From contig JBNKTL010000010.1 of NCBI GenBank assembly GCA_050298055.1, positions 37,977 to 101,976 of the forward strand: 64,000 bases of DNA. Direction: 5' to 3'. Positions within the stretch are counted from its first letter, which is position 1, and every line of letters begins with the position of its first letter. Of the stretch, positions 9,251 through 19,498 are shown one piece after another. Made by a program: the position numbers and the translations under genes. A model generated the notes under the pieces. That model did not search any database. It saw only the letters and a program-made list of their open reading frames with translations, and was not told the origin of the DNA. This stretch comes from Spirochaetota bacterium. GTDB lineage: Bacteria > Spirochaetota > UBA4802 > UBA5550.

Positions 9251-10381
9251 TTAATTTTCCATAGTTTGTTTTTTCTTTAAGTAATCACTGAAGAGCTTCT
9301 TTTTATTTTTCAGGAGCTCATTGTCTTCATGATGTATGTAATCCTGAAAACTCTCAAAATCATCAGAAATATCCAGCCCTTCCCGTCTCTGGATCTCTGT
9401 TCCTGAAAGCAAATACTCTGATTCTTTTCTTTTAATGGACAGGATATTATCGAATTTTTTTGAAAGTTCCCTGAAAGGATTAAGGGTTAGTCCCTGGTTC
9501 TCTATTTCAATTTCAAGATAGTGGCCTTTGTATTTTTCATATTTTTTATCATTGATAAGATCATTCAACAAACCGGTTATACAGGAAAGTGGACGGAGAG
9601 GATCAATTACTATATTCTCAACCTCACATCTTTTCTTTTCAAGTTCTATGGATAGGACCCTCTTCTCATCATTCGCCTCGGAAAAAGAATATTTCAGAAG
9701 ACTACCGGAGTACCTGATTTTCTCCTCGGCTTCCTGAGGTCTATGGAGATGGCCAAGGGCGCAGTAATCAAATTTTCCTAAGATGGAAGCATCCACTTCA
9801 CCACTTGTGCCGATGAATTTCCTTTCTGAATCAGATACTTTACATCCCCTGGTGAAGAGATGGCCGACAAAAATATTCAGCCTTTCATTCGCCATAACAT
9901 CTTCAATCATTGATACTGCGGTTTTTAGGGCATTTTCATGTGTTCTTTCCTGGCGCTCTTCCGCATCTGCATGTATATCATAAGCGTAAGGGTCAAGATA
10001 AGGGACCGCGTAAATATCCGCATTTCCGATTCTTACCGGTATATGAATATTCTCCGGATCCCATTTTATGAAGATATCTGACATGTTGATGATTTCAGAA
10101 AGATATGACAGCCTGTGCGCACTGTCATGGTTACCAGGGATAATTACAAGGGGTATATCACTTATTTTTCTCAGATTACAGATAAAGTCACTGAAAGCGG
10201 TAACGGCTTCCTTGGGCGGGATACTCCTGTCATATATATCACCTGATATAATCAAAACATCGTGTGGATTTTCCCCGATAAATTTCACCAGTTTATCAAG
10301 GATATAGACCTGGTCCTCAATGAGCAAGTGATCATGAAGAATTTTCCCTAAGTGCCAGTCAGATGTATGTAATATTTTCAT
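9251..10381 (-). CDS. sbcD: Exonuclease SbcCD subunit D
   Basis: Metallophosphoesterase motifs HTSDWHLG, SGDIYD, GNHDS, ALGHLH and YSGSLLKYSFSE. Confidence 0.95.
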   Translation of the reverse strand: MKILHTSDWHLGKILHDHLLIEDQVYILDKLVKFIGENPHDVLIISGDIYDRSIPPKEAVTAFSDFICNLRKISDIPLVIIPGNHDSAHRLSYLSEIINMSDIFIKWDPENIHIPVRIGNADIYAVPYLDPYAYDIHADAEERQERTHENALKTAVSMIEDVMANERLNIFVGHLFTRGCKVSDSERKFIGTSGEVDASILGKFDYCALGHLHRPQEAEEKIRYSGSLLKYSFSEANDEKRVLSIELEKKRCEVENIVIDPLRPLSCITGLLNDLINDKKYEKYKGHYLEIEIENQGLTLNPFRELSKKFDNILSIKRKESEYLLSGTEIQRREGLDISDDFESFQDYIHHEDNELLKNKKKLFSDYLKKKQTMEN

Positions 10382-10477
10382 TGATTATACTTAATATCAC
10401 CTATCATTACTGATATAGAAACCAAAAATACGGTGACTGAATAGTTTTATTTTTACTCTTAGAAATTTAAAGATGAC

Positions 10478-11464
10478 TTATTTTATTTTACCACTAGAAA
10501 AACTAATAGTACCTCCAGGACCAATATGTAATTCTTGATATACTCCAATTTCAAGAGCAGTCTTTACATGATGATTATTTTTATAACGTGGGCCAATAAT
10601 AATATCTTTGTGAATTTTATTAATATACAAAGGATTTTTTTCAGGATGAGGATTTTCTTTAGTTACTAGTTCTTTTAATTGTAACTTATAAACCATCATT
10701 ACTTTATTTCCATCAGGCTTGATAGAAATATTAGGGTTTCCAATAGAAGTATTAATAAATAACCTCCATTCTTTTTCTTGTTTATAGAAGTCATGTTTTA
10801 TATATGAAGCAAAAATATACAAGTATTCAAGAAATTCTCTTTTTATACTATTTAGAATTCCAATATCATTTAGTAAATTCTTTTCATTAAGTGAATAAAT
10901 ATTGTTATCTATTTCTATAATAAAATTTGTTATTGTATTTAAGTAATCAAGATTGATTGATTTACTAATTTTCCAATTTTCAGGGAAATATGAAACAGGC
11001 ATGAGTATAGGTTCATATGATAAATCACTTAGTGTCGGTATTATTTCCTTTAATAAGAATGAAAGAGATACACCATGACCATTGTCACCATAAGAAATCC
11101 ATTGACTCATATCATCTGGTTCTTTGGAAAATGACATTAGGAATATTGGCTCATAAAAAACATTTTTTGTCTCATGAGTATTAAAAGGGTCAATTTCATT
11201 AATCCACTCTAAAATTATTGATTTATCATTTGTTATTTTATTTTCAATGTTTTCTTTAATTACTTTAAGACCAAAGCTCAACTCCTGAGGATCATTAAGA
11301 TTACTTATATGGGATAACCATAGTTCTTTTGTTTTAATAATATTTAAATAAGCAGATTGACTAGTATAATGATAAATAGTATCAACTTTAGGTATGGTTT
11401 TAGAAATATTTTTAATTGTATTAAAAAATTTTTCTAAAATAATTTTATTAAATTGATTTATCAT
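10478..11464 (-). CDS. DUF2971 domain-containing protein
   Basis: IYHYTS, LNDPQE, SFS..DDMSQWISYGDNGHGV, K...KQEKEWR and IIIGP. Very AT-rich. Confidence 0.85.
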   Translation of the reverse strand: MINQFNKIILEKFFNTIKNISKTIPKVDTIYHYTSQSAYLNIIKTKELWLSHISNLNDPQELSFGLKVIKENIENKITNDKSIILEWINEIDPFNTHETKNVFYEPIFLMSFSKEPDDMSQWISYGDNGHGVSLSFLLKEIIPTLSDLSYEPILMPVSYFPENWKISKSINLDYLNTITNFIIEIDNNIYSLNEKNLLNDIGILNSIKREFLEYLYIFASYIKHDFYKQEKEWRLFINTSIGNPNISIKPDGNKVMMVYKLQLKELVTKENPHPEKNPLYINKIHKDIIIGPRYKNNHHVKTALEIGVYQELHIGPGGTISFSSGKIK

Positions 11465-11485
11465 GTTAGTATTAATATAATCTTA

Positions 11486-11812
11486 CTACTTCAGTCCTAT
11501 CTTACTCGCCCCCCACTCTGCTGCCGCTTTACCTTTCATTTCATTCCAATTTTTAAATTTGGTATGACCGGATACATAACGATCCCACTCAGCATCTGGA
11601 ATTTTATTAAAATCACTCTGATTATTTATATTAAATCCGCTTGCATTGAAAAATGCATCGATTGAACTAAATTGAGTATATTTTCTCATAAATGAATTTG
11701 GAAACAGCTCATTCTGCGGGACTTTCTTTGTACCATTTATTTTCCTGGCGTTTCTTTCCATTTGTTTAATATTTTTTTCTAGATCCTTTAAACCTTCGAT
11801 TTTTATCTGCAT
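11486..11812 (-). CDS. Hypothetical protein (108 aa)
   Basis: Clean ORF with an AAGGAG RBS, co-oriented in the island. Confidence 0.7.
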   Translation of the reverse strand: MQIKIEGLKDLEKNIKQMERNARKINGTKKVPQNELFPNSFMRKYTQFSSIDAFFNASGFNINNQSDFNKIPDAEWDRYVSGHTKFKNWNEMKGKAAAEWGASKIGLK

Positions 11813-11836
11813 GATTGTGCTCCTTGTTAGATTGAC

Positions 11837-11977
11837 TTACTTTTTCTTTTTTCTACCCTTCTCACGCTGAGAAAGTGCACTTGCAGCTACTGATTTCTCG
11901 GACTTTGTTGATTTTTTGCTCTTTAGAATCTTTGAAGCCTTTGATGCAACATCTTTACTTGTTACTTTTTTGGCCAT
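11837..11977 (-). CDS. Small highly basic hypothetical protein (46 aa)
   Basis: MAKKVTSKDVASKASKILKSKKSTKSEKSVAASALSQ..., with a GAGGT RBS upstream of the ATG at 11977. Confidence 0.65.
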   Translation of the reverse strand: MAKKVTSKDVASKASKILKSKKSTKSEKSVAASALSQREKGRKKKK

Positions 11978-12014
11978 TTTTTTTACCTCTATAATGATTG
12001 TTATGTTATTATCC

Positions 12015-12039
12015 ACACTACTATACATAATAGTAGTGT
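12015..12039. promoter_or_regulatory. Inverted repeat (putative operator) upstream of the small basic protein gene
   Basis: ACACTACTAT-ACATA-ATAGTAGTGT, overlapping a minus-strand TTGACA. Confidence 0.4.
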
Positions 12040-12081
12040 CAAATTAATTAATCAATTATCATAAAAAAAATACGTTATGTC

Positions 12082-12576
12082 TCATTTCTTTTCACTCCCC
12101 CCTAACCTCTTCTTAAACTCGATTTCCGGGAGCCAGGAATTAACTTCTTTTAGTTCTTTCAACTTTTCTCGATACTCTTTTTTAGTAATAATTTCATTCT
12201 TTAACAATTCATCAAATATCCAGAAAATTCCTTTAACTTCAATTTCATTATCTGAAGCAGCTGTCCTCAATTTCTTTTCACCGGTCAATAAAATGGCATT
12301 AAAAGTTTTTGCTAAATAGAAAACGGAGCAATCTTCAATTGTTAAGGCAGGATACCTGGTTTTAATAATCAATAAATCACTATAGTCTTCAAAAATATGA
12401 GTATTTAATAAACCTTCCTTAACAAACTCTGAAAGTACACCCTGCTTATCCGATAAACATTCATTTATTACCATGTTGCTTGTATGCATATCACATTCAA
12501 GCCGAAAGAATGAATCAATTAGACCGGTTTTAATAAGATCAATAAGAATATTTGCATCGTTGACGACAATTTTCAT
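12082..12576 (-). CDS. PIN domain protein (putative toxin)
   Basis: VVNDANILIDL, LTIEDCS and LLTGEKKLR. Start overlaps the stop of the ImmA gene by 4 bp. Confidence 0.85.
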   Translation of the reverse strand: MKIVVNDANILIDLIKTGLIDSFFRLECDMHTSNMVINECLSDKQGVLSEFVKEGLLNTHIFEDYSDLLIIKTRYPALTIEDCSVFYLAKTFNAILLTGEKKLRTAASDNEIEVKGIFWIFDELLKNEIITKKEYREKLKELKEVNSWLPEIEFKKRLGGSEKK

Positions 12577-13631
12577 CCCACAGACTGATACTCCATCATG
12601 AAACTCTCCAGATTGCTATTGCTCAGGGCAGCTGCCTTGCTCATGGTAATGACTCCCTCAGAAACAGCCTTATGGATAAGTCTCTTAAACCGTCCGGGGG
12701 ATTCACTGTTCATGAATTTACCAAATTCATGTTTTCTATATCCATGTTTATTTAGCCATATATTAAACTGACGATAAGTATGTTCTGATATTAATCCCAG
12801 GCTTTTTGCCCTTGCAATAACAGCCTGTATTGATATACCGTAATATTCATCAATGAATTTTAACTCTTCTATGGAAACATTGCTTCTTTTACTGCCCCAC
12901 TCTTCTATGAAGGGTTTTTCCGGTAAAAGGAAAGCTCCTGCAAAGCTGCTGCAAAGCTTTTCTTTACTCCTTTCATCCAGTTTATCATCAATTTTAAGCA
13001 CCTGGTGGGCAAGCTCATGAAGAAGAGTAAGACGTTTCCTCTGCGGAGTGATATTCTTATTTATTACTATAATAAATATATGATCAGTAACAGCAGACAT
13101 CCCATCAAATTGTTCATCAAAATCCCCCTCAAGGATCTTTACTTCTTTTTCCTCCAGCAACTCAACAACGCAGGGTATAGGATCAATGCCAAGCTTCCAT
13201 TTATTCCTCAAATCATGAGATTTACTTTCTATGTCCTGAATACCGGAATCATTATTGTCTTTTAAAGGGTTTTTGAACTCCGACTTGATATTCATTAAGG
13301 CCTCAAGCTCAAGATACCTTTCAAGAAAGTCTATGGCTTCACCCTTGATCATATCGATTTGCCTTTTTGAGAGCCTTGACCTCTTTCTGAATTCTATACC
13401 TGACAATTGAAAACCGGGAGCTCTGAAAAAATAATCCAGGGGGACATCTAATATATTAGCTATTTTTATCAACATAGTGCTGTTTGGTACATTTATCCCC
13501 TTTTCATATTTATTCAATGCCTGCTTGGAAATGCTGTTCTCAAGTTTATCTGAAAGTGACTGAAGAGAGAAACCGGACATTTTTCTTGCAGAGACAATTC
13601 TTTCTCCAATATTTACATTAATATCACCCAC
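12573..13631 (-). CDS. XRE-family HTH fused to an ImmA/IrrE metallopeptidase
   Basis: N-terminal HTH (ISKQALNKYEKG) and HEXXH motif (LLHELAH) followed by EKLCSSFAGAFLLP. GTG start with a GGAGG RBS. Confidence 0.9.
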   Translation of the reverse strand: MGDINVNIGERIVSARKMSGFSLQSLSDKLENSISKQALNKYEKGINVPNSTMLIKIANILDVPLDYFFRAPGFQLSGIEFRKRSRLSKRQIDMIKGEAIDFLERYLELEALMNIKSEFKNPLKDNNDSGIQDIESKSHDLRNKWKLGIDPIPCVVELLEEKEVKILEGDFDEQFDGMSAVTDHIFIIVINKNITPQRKRLTLLHELAHQVLKIDDKLDERSKEKLCSSFAGAFLLPEKPFIEEWGSKRSNVSIEELKFIDEYYGISIQAVIARAKSLGLISEHTYRQFNIWLNKHGYRKHEFGKFMNSESPGRFKRLIHKAVSEGVITMSKAAALSNSNLESFMMEYQSVG

Positions 13632-13650
13632 ATCAACCTCCTCTCCTTCT

Positions 13651-13688
13651 GGTTGACAATATATTATATTTTTTCTGCTTTGTCAACC
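13651..13688 (-). promoter_or_regulatory. Sigma70-type promoter overlapped by an inverted repeat (probable autoregulatory operator)
   Basis: Minus strand reads TTGACA-17 nt-TATATT. GGTTGACAA...TTGTCAACC forms a 9-bp IR spanning it. Confidence 0.65.
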
Positions 13689-13775
13689 TATTATTGTAAA
13701 AAAAACCGGCTGTAGGATCTATTTTTTGTAATAGTCTGATAATTTATATGAGATAGTGAGATAGGCATATTTTGG

Positions 13776-13802
13776 AAATGTGCAGCTGGTTGTTGCACAT
13801 TT
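13776..13802. repeat. Intergenic palindrome near the right edge of the island
   Basis: AAATGTGCA-GCTGGTTGT-TGCACATTT. Confidence 0.6.
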
Positions 13803-13976
13803 GGAACGGATTTTTTAAGAGTTACACAGAGGTTGCAGAGTTAGCGAGGAAAAATTACGGAGGAGAGGGAGATTTTACCAGGATTTTATTAATTTCATAA
13901 CCGGAGTTTACGGGAAATGGTTTATAGTGAGATAGAAGATGCTTAAAATCCATAGGAGTTATTATTAGCACATTTT

Positions 13977-15839
13977 TTACAGCATACTCCTGAGCTTGCT
14001 CAGTATCTTTTTGTTGAAGAGTGCCCCCTCCATGAGCCCCCTGTAGAGATAGTTGGACCTTCGGGCAACCTGTTCGTCTTCCGGGAGGTCCTCCTCCCCT
14101 TCTTCCAGCCGGTATCCCTCGTTAATGGTATGGATCACCCTCTGTATGGTCAGGCTGATCATGTCCTTGACGTTTTTCCCCGATTCCACCGCGGCATCCA
14201 CATCGGCAAGTTTTTTCAGTATGTAGTTTATCTTGTTGCCGTCCCTCTTCTTCCCGGTCATTATCTCCACCAGGTTCTCTGAATAGTTGATCCCCCTCTC
14301 CAGGTGGGGCAGGAGCTCCTCTATCCCCCGGAGCATTTTATCCACCCTGCGGCCCAGCTCTTTCCCGAAACCTTCCGCGGGGGGAAGACCCGTAAGGGCC
14401 CCGGAATAGATCTCATCAATAATTGAAGAGGGTGTCCCCTTACTCTCCTTAAAGACAACATCCCCGGTTGACATGTGACGGACCCCGTTGATGTAAGCCC
14501 CGTCAGCGGTAAGGTTGACCAGGTCCTCATCCTTCCTCTTTTCGAACCATGAGAGAAAGATCATCATCTTCTGGTTGGTATGGATGCTCCCGCTCCGTAT
14601 CCCCTTTACATTTATCCTGGGTAGGGCGGAGAGCTGGAACCTGTTATGCATTTCGGAATTTTTTGTCCGTGTTGTTCTATAATGCACCTGCTCCTCCATA
14701 TAGGAACCCCGTGCATGGGCCAGCCCTCCCGTGAACCCCAGGTCCTGCCCCACAAGGTAGACCGGCGAGGCGCCCAGCCTCCCGGCAAAATCACAGGCAT
14801 TGGTGGAAACGGAACCGCCGTGGGTTATCTCACCCTTGCTCCCGGCGGTCCCCTCGATCCACTTCATGATATCAAAGGGTATTCCCGCGGAAACACTCCT
14901 TCCCCGGAAAAACCTGAGCACGGAGGGATGAACCGAGGGCTCATAAACAAGGATGGTCCCGCTCTCCCCGCATCCTTCGAAGTACCGGGCATTGACGACC
15001 TGGGGATCAACCGAGAGACAGAAATGGGGTTCAATGCCGTTATTCACCAGCATCCTGTAGGAAGTATCAACGGCCACAATGATCATCCTCTCCCTGTTTT
15101 CCCTGAGGAAAGGGAAGCTTTCCGGCAGCGAGGGCCCGGCTCCCGCTACAACAGCCGGTACTCCTCTGAACTTTCCGTAGAATTCGTTTACACCGGGTGA
15201 CCTGCCGAAAATATTTATGTTCCGCGCGATGTTGGAGCACCATATCTTTTCAAACTTGGCAAGAGTGGCAATATTAACGTCCTTTGTGGAGAGATATGAC
15301 CGGGAAATCTCCAGCATATTGGCATAGTACCCGGGATATGCCTGGTGTGATCCCCTGTGGGTGATAAAGGAGACACTTTTTGATGACAGGCCCCTGAGTT
15401 TTCCGGAAATTTCATCCTCAGCCGGATCAACGAGTATCATGAGCCGTGTGTCCCCCAGGAGCCCGGCCAGGTCCCTTCTTTTTAATGCTTCGGAGAAGAG
15501 TGAAATATCTTTCTCAACTACCAGGACCCGGGAACCGGGACCGATCTTATCAAGGAGGACCTCCAGGTGAAAACCGAATCCAAAACCGAACACAATAAAC
15601 AGGTTGTGTTTCTCCGTATTTATTTCACCCATAAACCTCTCCGCCTCCCTGACCGGATCAAACTTTGAGTGTATGGATATCTTCCGATTTTCAACGTAAA
15701 GCAGGGGGACAGGATCTCCGTTTTTTGATGCAATAACTTCAATCTCACTCCCTGCTCCCGCTTCATTGAGCAGGGACAGGAGGCGGGGGTCTCTCTTTTC
15801 AATTATGCTGATATTTTTATTTATAAAACCGCTCTCCAT
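13977..15839 (-). CDS. Motility-associated factor (Maf/DUF115) flagellin glycosyltransferase family protein
   Basis: IHSKFDPVREA, FGFGFGFHL, AGAGPSL, SVDPQ, GGSVS and LVGQDLGF. Confidence 0.88.
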   Translation of the reverse strand: MESGFINKNISIIEKRDPRLLSLLNEAGAGSEIEVIASKNGDPVPLLYVENRKISIHSKFDPVREAERFMGEINTEKHNLFIVFGFGFGFHLEVLLDKIGPGSRVLVVEKDISLFSEALKRRDLAGLLGDTRLMILVDPAEDEISGKLRGLSSKSVSFITHRGSHQAYPGYYANMLEISRSYLSTKDVNIATLAKFEKIWCSNIARNINIFGRSPGVNEFYGKFRGVPAVVAGAGPSLPESFPFLRENRERMIIVAVDTSYRMLVNNGIEPHFCLSVDPQVVNARYFEGCGESGTILVYEPSVHPSVLRFFRGRSVSAGIPFDIMKWIEGTAGSKGEITHGGSVSTNACDFAGRLGASPVYLVGQDLGFTGGLAHARGSYMEEQVHYRTTRTKNSEMHNRFQLSALPRINVKGIRSGSIHTNQKMMIFLSWFEKRKDEDLVNLTADGAYINGVRHMSTGDVVFKESKGTPSSIIDEIYSGALTGLPPAEGFGKELGRRVDKMLRGIEELLPHLERGINYSENLVEIMTGKKRDGNKINYILKKLADVDAAVESGKNVKDMISLTIQRVIHTINEGYRLEEGEEDLPEDEQVARRSNYLYRGLMEGALFNKKILSKLRSML

Positions 15840-17705
15840 CTATTTCTCTTTCTCCCTCATATAGAGGACAATTTTCCCGCCCCTCGGGAGCTTGACTCCC
15901 GGTTCGGGAGATTGCGCGTAAACACTCCCTGAACCCTTAAACCTGTATTCAACTCCGAGCTTCTCCTGGATCATATTCAGGCTTCTCAGCGCGGGGGCAA
16001 GCCTCATCCCTCTGAAATCGGGCATCCTGTTCCCCTTTATCTTTATCGTCCGGTCTTCTCTCTTTTTTAAACTGCCGGCCGCCATCCCCCTGCCTTTTAC
16101 GCCCATCTGCGGTAAAATTCTCTCAGCGATTTTTTTGAAAACAGGAGCCGCGATTTTCCCCCCGTACTCTTTCCCTGCAGGTTCGTCAATAACAACATAG
16201 ATACAGACCTCCGGATCATGAAAGGGCCCAACACCGATAAAGGAAGAGATGACCCTGTCAGAATATTCACCGCCCTTGAGTGAAAACTTTCTGGAGGTCC
16301 CGGTTTTTCCGGCAAAAGAATAGAGGTCCGAGAAAGCCCTCTTCCCGGAGCCGTTCTCAACCACGTCCTTCATCATCCGCATGAGAATCGCGGCATGTTT
16401 TCTGCCGAGGACCCTCCCCTTTGCCTCGGGAGGGTATTCCCTTATCCTCTCACCGCCGCTCCCCTCGATGCGATTAATGATCGTCGGCTTCATATAGATC
16501 CCCCCGTTTGCGATGGCACCAATGGCAGCCGCCATCTGGACCGATGTCACCGATATCTCGTGCCCTATTGCTATGGAGTATTTGGAAAGCCCCGACCACT
16601 TTTCCGGTGTCCTGAAAATACCCCCGGACTCACCGGGAAGCCCGCTCTCCGGGGATATCCCGAAACCAAAGCGGGCAAGGAGCCGGTAGAGCTGCTCCTT
16701 TTTTACACTCTTCATGGCTTCGATTATTCCCACGTTGCATGAGTGCCTGAAACTCTTTCCCAGGTCAACCTTCCCATGGACCCCGGTACAGTTTATTGTT
16801 GTATCAAAAAGCTCAATCTTCCCCCTGCAGATAAATTCCCGCCGCGCGGTTTCCGGGCTGTTTTCGAGAATCGCCGCGCTGGAGAGTATCTTCAGGGTTG
16901 ACCCGGGCTCGAAAAAATCTATGACGGTGAAATTTCTCCTTGTAAACGCGGAGGAGCGAGAGTAGCGGTTGGGATCAAAGTTCGGATACTTTGCCATTGC
17001 AAGGATACGGCCCGTCTTGACCCCGGTAATGATCACCGCGCCCTGCTTTGCCCTGTATTCCAAAACGGCATTCTTTATTTCAGACTCGGCCACATGCTGG
17101 ATAAACCTGTCGATGGTAAGAACAATGGTGTTGCCATATACAGTGTGAAGGTTGCGGTCAGATTTAAATGTTTCGTAAAAACCGGTGAGGATACGGTTAT
17201 ATTTGCTTTCCATTCCTTCAAGCCCGGAATTTTCAATGCCGGTAAAACCGATAAAATTAGATGCCAGGGTTCCGTTGGGATAGACCCTCCTGTACTCTTT
17301 TTTCAGATAGATCCCCCCGGCACCCAGTTTTTTGATCTTTGCCGCGGTTTCCGGTTCAACCTTTCTCCGCAGCCATATGAACTTTCTTTTGAGAAGAAGC
17401 CTCCGGAGAATTTTATCCCGGGGCAGTGTGATGATTTGAGCGAGAATATCCGCAAGTTCCTGCGGATTCTTTATCTCTTCAGGGTTTGCGTAGATCGAAT
17501 CCGTTTCGATACTCATTGCGAGGATATCGCCGTTCCTGTCTTTGATGACACCCCTTTTAATTTCAGGGGTCCTCCCGGATTCAACGATTATTTTGCCTGA
17601 GAAGTGGAGCCTGATAATTTTGGCTACGAGAAGAAATGAGATGATGATTAAAACAAGGGCGGATATATAGATACGTCTTTTAAATACCTTCTGGTCCATA
17701 TCCAC
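15840..17705 (-). CDS. Class B penicillin-binding protein (FtsI-like) with C-terminal PASTA domain
   Basis: RGVIKDRNG dimerisation domain, EPGSTLK (SxxK), SCN (SxN), GKTGTS (KTG), and PASTA motifs MPDFRGM..QSPEPG. Confidence 0.9.
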   Translation of the reverse strand: MDMDQKVFKRRIYISALVLIIISFLLVAKIIRLHFSGKIIVESGRTPEIKRGVIKDRNGDILAMSIETDSIYANPEEIKNPQELADILAQIITLPRDKILRRLLLKRKFIWLRRKVEPETAAKIKKLGAGGIYLKKEYRRVYPNGTLASNFIGFTGIENSGLEGMESKYNRILTGFYETFKSDRNLHTVYGNTIVLTIDRFIQHVAESEIKNAVLEYRAKQGAVIITGVKTGRILAMAKYPNFDPNRYSRSSAFTRRNFTVIDFFEPGSTLKILSSAAILENSPETARREFICRGKIELFDTTINCTGVHGKVDLGKSFRHSCNVGIIEAMKSVKKEQLYRLLARFGFGISPESGLPGESGGIFRTPEKWSGLSKYSIAIGHEISVTSVQMAAAIGAIANGGIYMKPTIINRIEGSGGERIREYPPEAKGRVLGRKHAAILMRMMKDVVENGSGKRAFSDLYSFAGKTGTSRKFSLKGGEYSDRVISSFIGVGPFHDPEVCIYVVIDEPAGKEYGGKIAAPVFKKIAERILPQMGVKGRGMAAGSLKKREDRTIKIKGNRMPDFRGMRLAPALRSLNMIQEKLGVEYRFKGSGSVYAQSPEPGVKLPRGGKIVLYMREKEK

Positions 17706-17801
17706 CCGGGAGTTTAGATCATATTATGATTAATGATTCCTGAATTTTGTTTAATTTTATAAATAATAAAGTATGCCGCTAAGGCATAGAGATTTTTTAC
17801 A

Positions 17802-18021
17802 CTGTCATCATGAGGAGCAAAGCGACGTAATGATCTGTTCCCCTCGATACAATTTGCCGCACTTTATAAAGAGAATAAAGCACTGTATTAATAAAGCGGC
17901 AAATCACTCGGGGAACACAACAGGTGCTCATCGAGTGATCCTGCATCTTTATTTACCAGTTTCTGGATATTCAATGAGCAGGATCGTATCGAGATGAGCC
18001 ACACTGCGCTCATTATGACAG
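17802..18021. repeat. Degenerate palindromic (REP-like) element
   Basis: CTGTCATCATGAG (17802) and CTCATTATGACAG (18009-18021) form a 12/13 inverted match. Internal GGAGCAAAGCGACG..ATCT and GAGAT..CTGCGCTC. Confidence 0.55.
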
Positions 18022-18107
18022 CAATCTATAACTTCTTTAATTTAACATTCAACACTTAAAATTTAAAATTTATCCGTAACCTGAAACTCGAAACTTGTAA
18101 CTTTTTT

Positions 18108-19187
18108 TTATCTGATAAAACCGATTCGTGAAAAATCAAGCTTTCTGATCTGGTCCGAATTCCAGTAGAGGAAAAGGGCCCTTCCCTTTATCCTTTCAAT
18201 ATCAAGATAACCGAAATACCTGCTGTCCATTGAGTTTTCACGGTTATCACCCATAACCACAATCTTCCCTTCGGGAACAATACCCTGGACCTTGCTGTTA
18301 GGATCGATTGTTTCACCCTTTACATAGGAGGATTCATCGGTTTTCTTTCCATTAATATACACCTTGCCGTTCTTGACCTCGAATTTATCACCCGGCAGAG
18401 CAATGCATCTCTTAATATAGTCCTTGTCGGTTTCATGGGGAGGCCTGAATATCACAATATCACCTCTCTTGAGTTTTCTGATCCCCAGAAAATCAAGATG
18501 TACGGGCTTATCCATTCCCAGCATCTGCGGAATGATGGGACCGTAGGTAATTTTTTCAACAAAAAGATGATCACCGACCTTCAGGGTATCCATCATTGAC
18601 CCTGTGGGAATAAAATACGCCTGAACAATAAACTGAATAATATGCACGGCAAGTATCAATGCCACCGCGACCGCGTCGAAAAGCTCCCAGACTTTATTAT
18701 ACATTGCAGTTCTCTTTGGTGACATATCGGAAAAGTTATCCAGGAGTTTTGTCCTGTCTTCTGCTGAAAGGATTCCCGCGGGGAAAACAGTGTTCTTCTC
18801 TTTCTCCTTTATAACGATATCCCCCAGGATATTCAGTTCCACATAGGTAATATCTTCCGTATTGATTCTAATGGTCCCCTCATTTCCGCTGACTTCAATC
18901 TCTTCTTCGTTTATCCTTATTTTACCACTGTTGAATTTACCGGCCTTAATGATGTAATTAACAAGCCTGATCGCGTAGAGTGTGGAGGCAAGTGCCCCTA
19001 TAAAGTAAACGGGTAAAAAAGGTGTTTTCACGAAAGGGATTGCGACTGCCAGGAAAAGTGTCGAATATATTATCAGGATGAGGTATAAAATCCTCTTTAT
19101 GAAAAACTTGTTCTTTTCTGATCCGGTTAAAAGAGTATATTCAGAACTTTCAACCAGTGATTTATCAAAACGGAAGACCTGTATCAT
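18108..19187 (-). CDS. lepB: Signal peptidase I with N-terminal membrane extension
   Basis: IPTGSM (catalytic Ser), DYIKR (catalytic Lys) and GDNRENSMDSR. Confidence 0.92.
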   Translation of the reverse strand: MIQVFRFDKSLVESSEYTLLTGSEKNKFFIKRILYLILIIYSTLFLAVAIPFVKTPFLPVYFIGALASTLYAIRLVNYIIKAGKFNSGKIRINEEEIEVSGNEGTIRINTEDITYVELNILGDIVIKEKEKNTVFPAGILSAEDRTKLLDNFSDMSPKRTAMYNKVWELFDAVAVALILAVHIIQFIVQAYFIPTGSMMDTLKVGDHLFVEKITYGPIIPQMLGMDKPVHLDFLGIRKLKRGDIVIFRPPHETDKDYIKRCIALPGDKFEVKNGKVYINGKKTDESSYVKGETIDPNSKVQGIVPEGKIVVMGDNRENSMDSRYFGYLDIERIKGRALFLYWNSDQIRKLDFSRIGFIR

Positions 19188-19346
19188 TACAACTCCTTGG
19201 ATTTATAAATTTTTCCGCAAATTATAAATATGGTAGTTTCGTATAGTTAAAAACTAATTGACATATCTCATTCATTTGTATAAAGATATGAAGGTTTTTC
19301 TGAGTCTATTTAAAATATACCTGCTCCGGTGTCTATAACTTTTTGA

Positions 19347-19488
19347 GTAACGACTCAGCAGTATACATGAACCATTATATCTATTGAAAAGATAAATAAA
19401 AAATTCCCGCTGACGACAGCAGCGGAAACAGACAGTCGATATTTTTGTCTATACATTTGCTTTGTATCCATTATAGCTGAGTAGTTAC
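19347..19488 (+). mobile_element. MITE copy A (142 bp)
   Basis: TIRs GTAACGACTCAGC / GCTGAGTAGTTAC. Flanking 8-mers CTTTTTGA / CTTTTTTA (7/8). Degenerate central hairpin. Confidence 0.8.
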
Positions 19489-19498
19489 CTTTTTTATA

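Noticed and set aside
1700..13950. Prophage or integrative element
   Set aside because: No integrase, structural, replication or conjugation genes, and no tRNA att site is visible.
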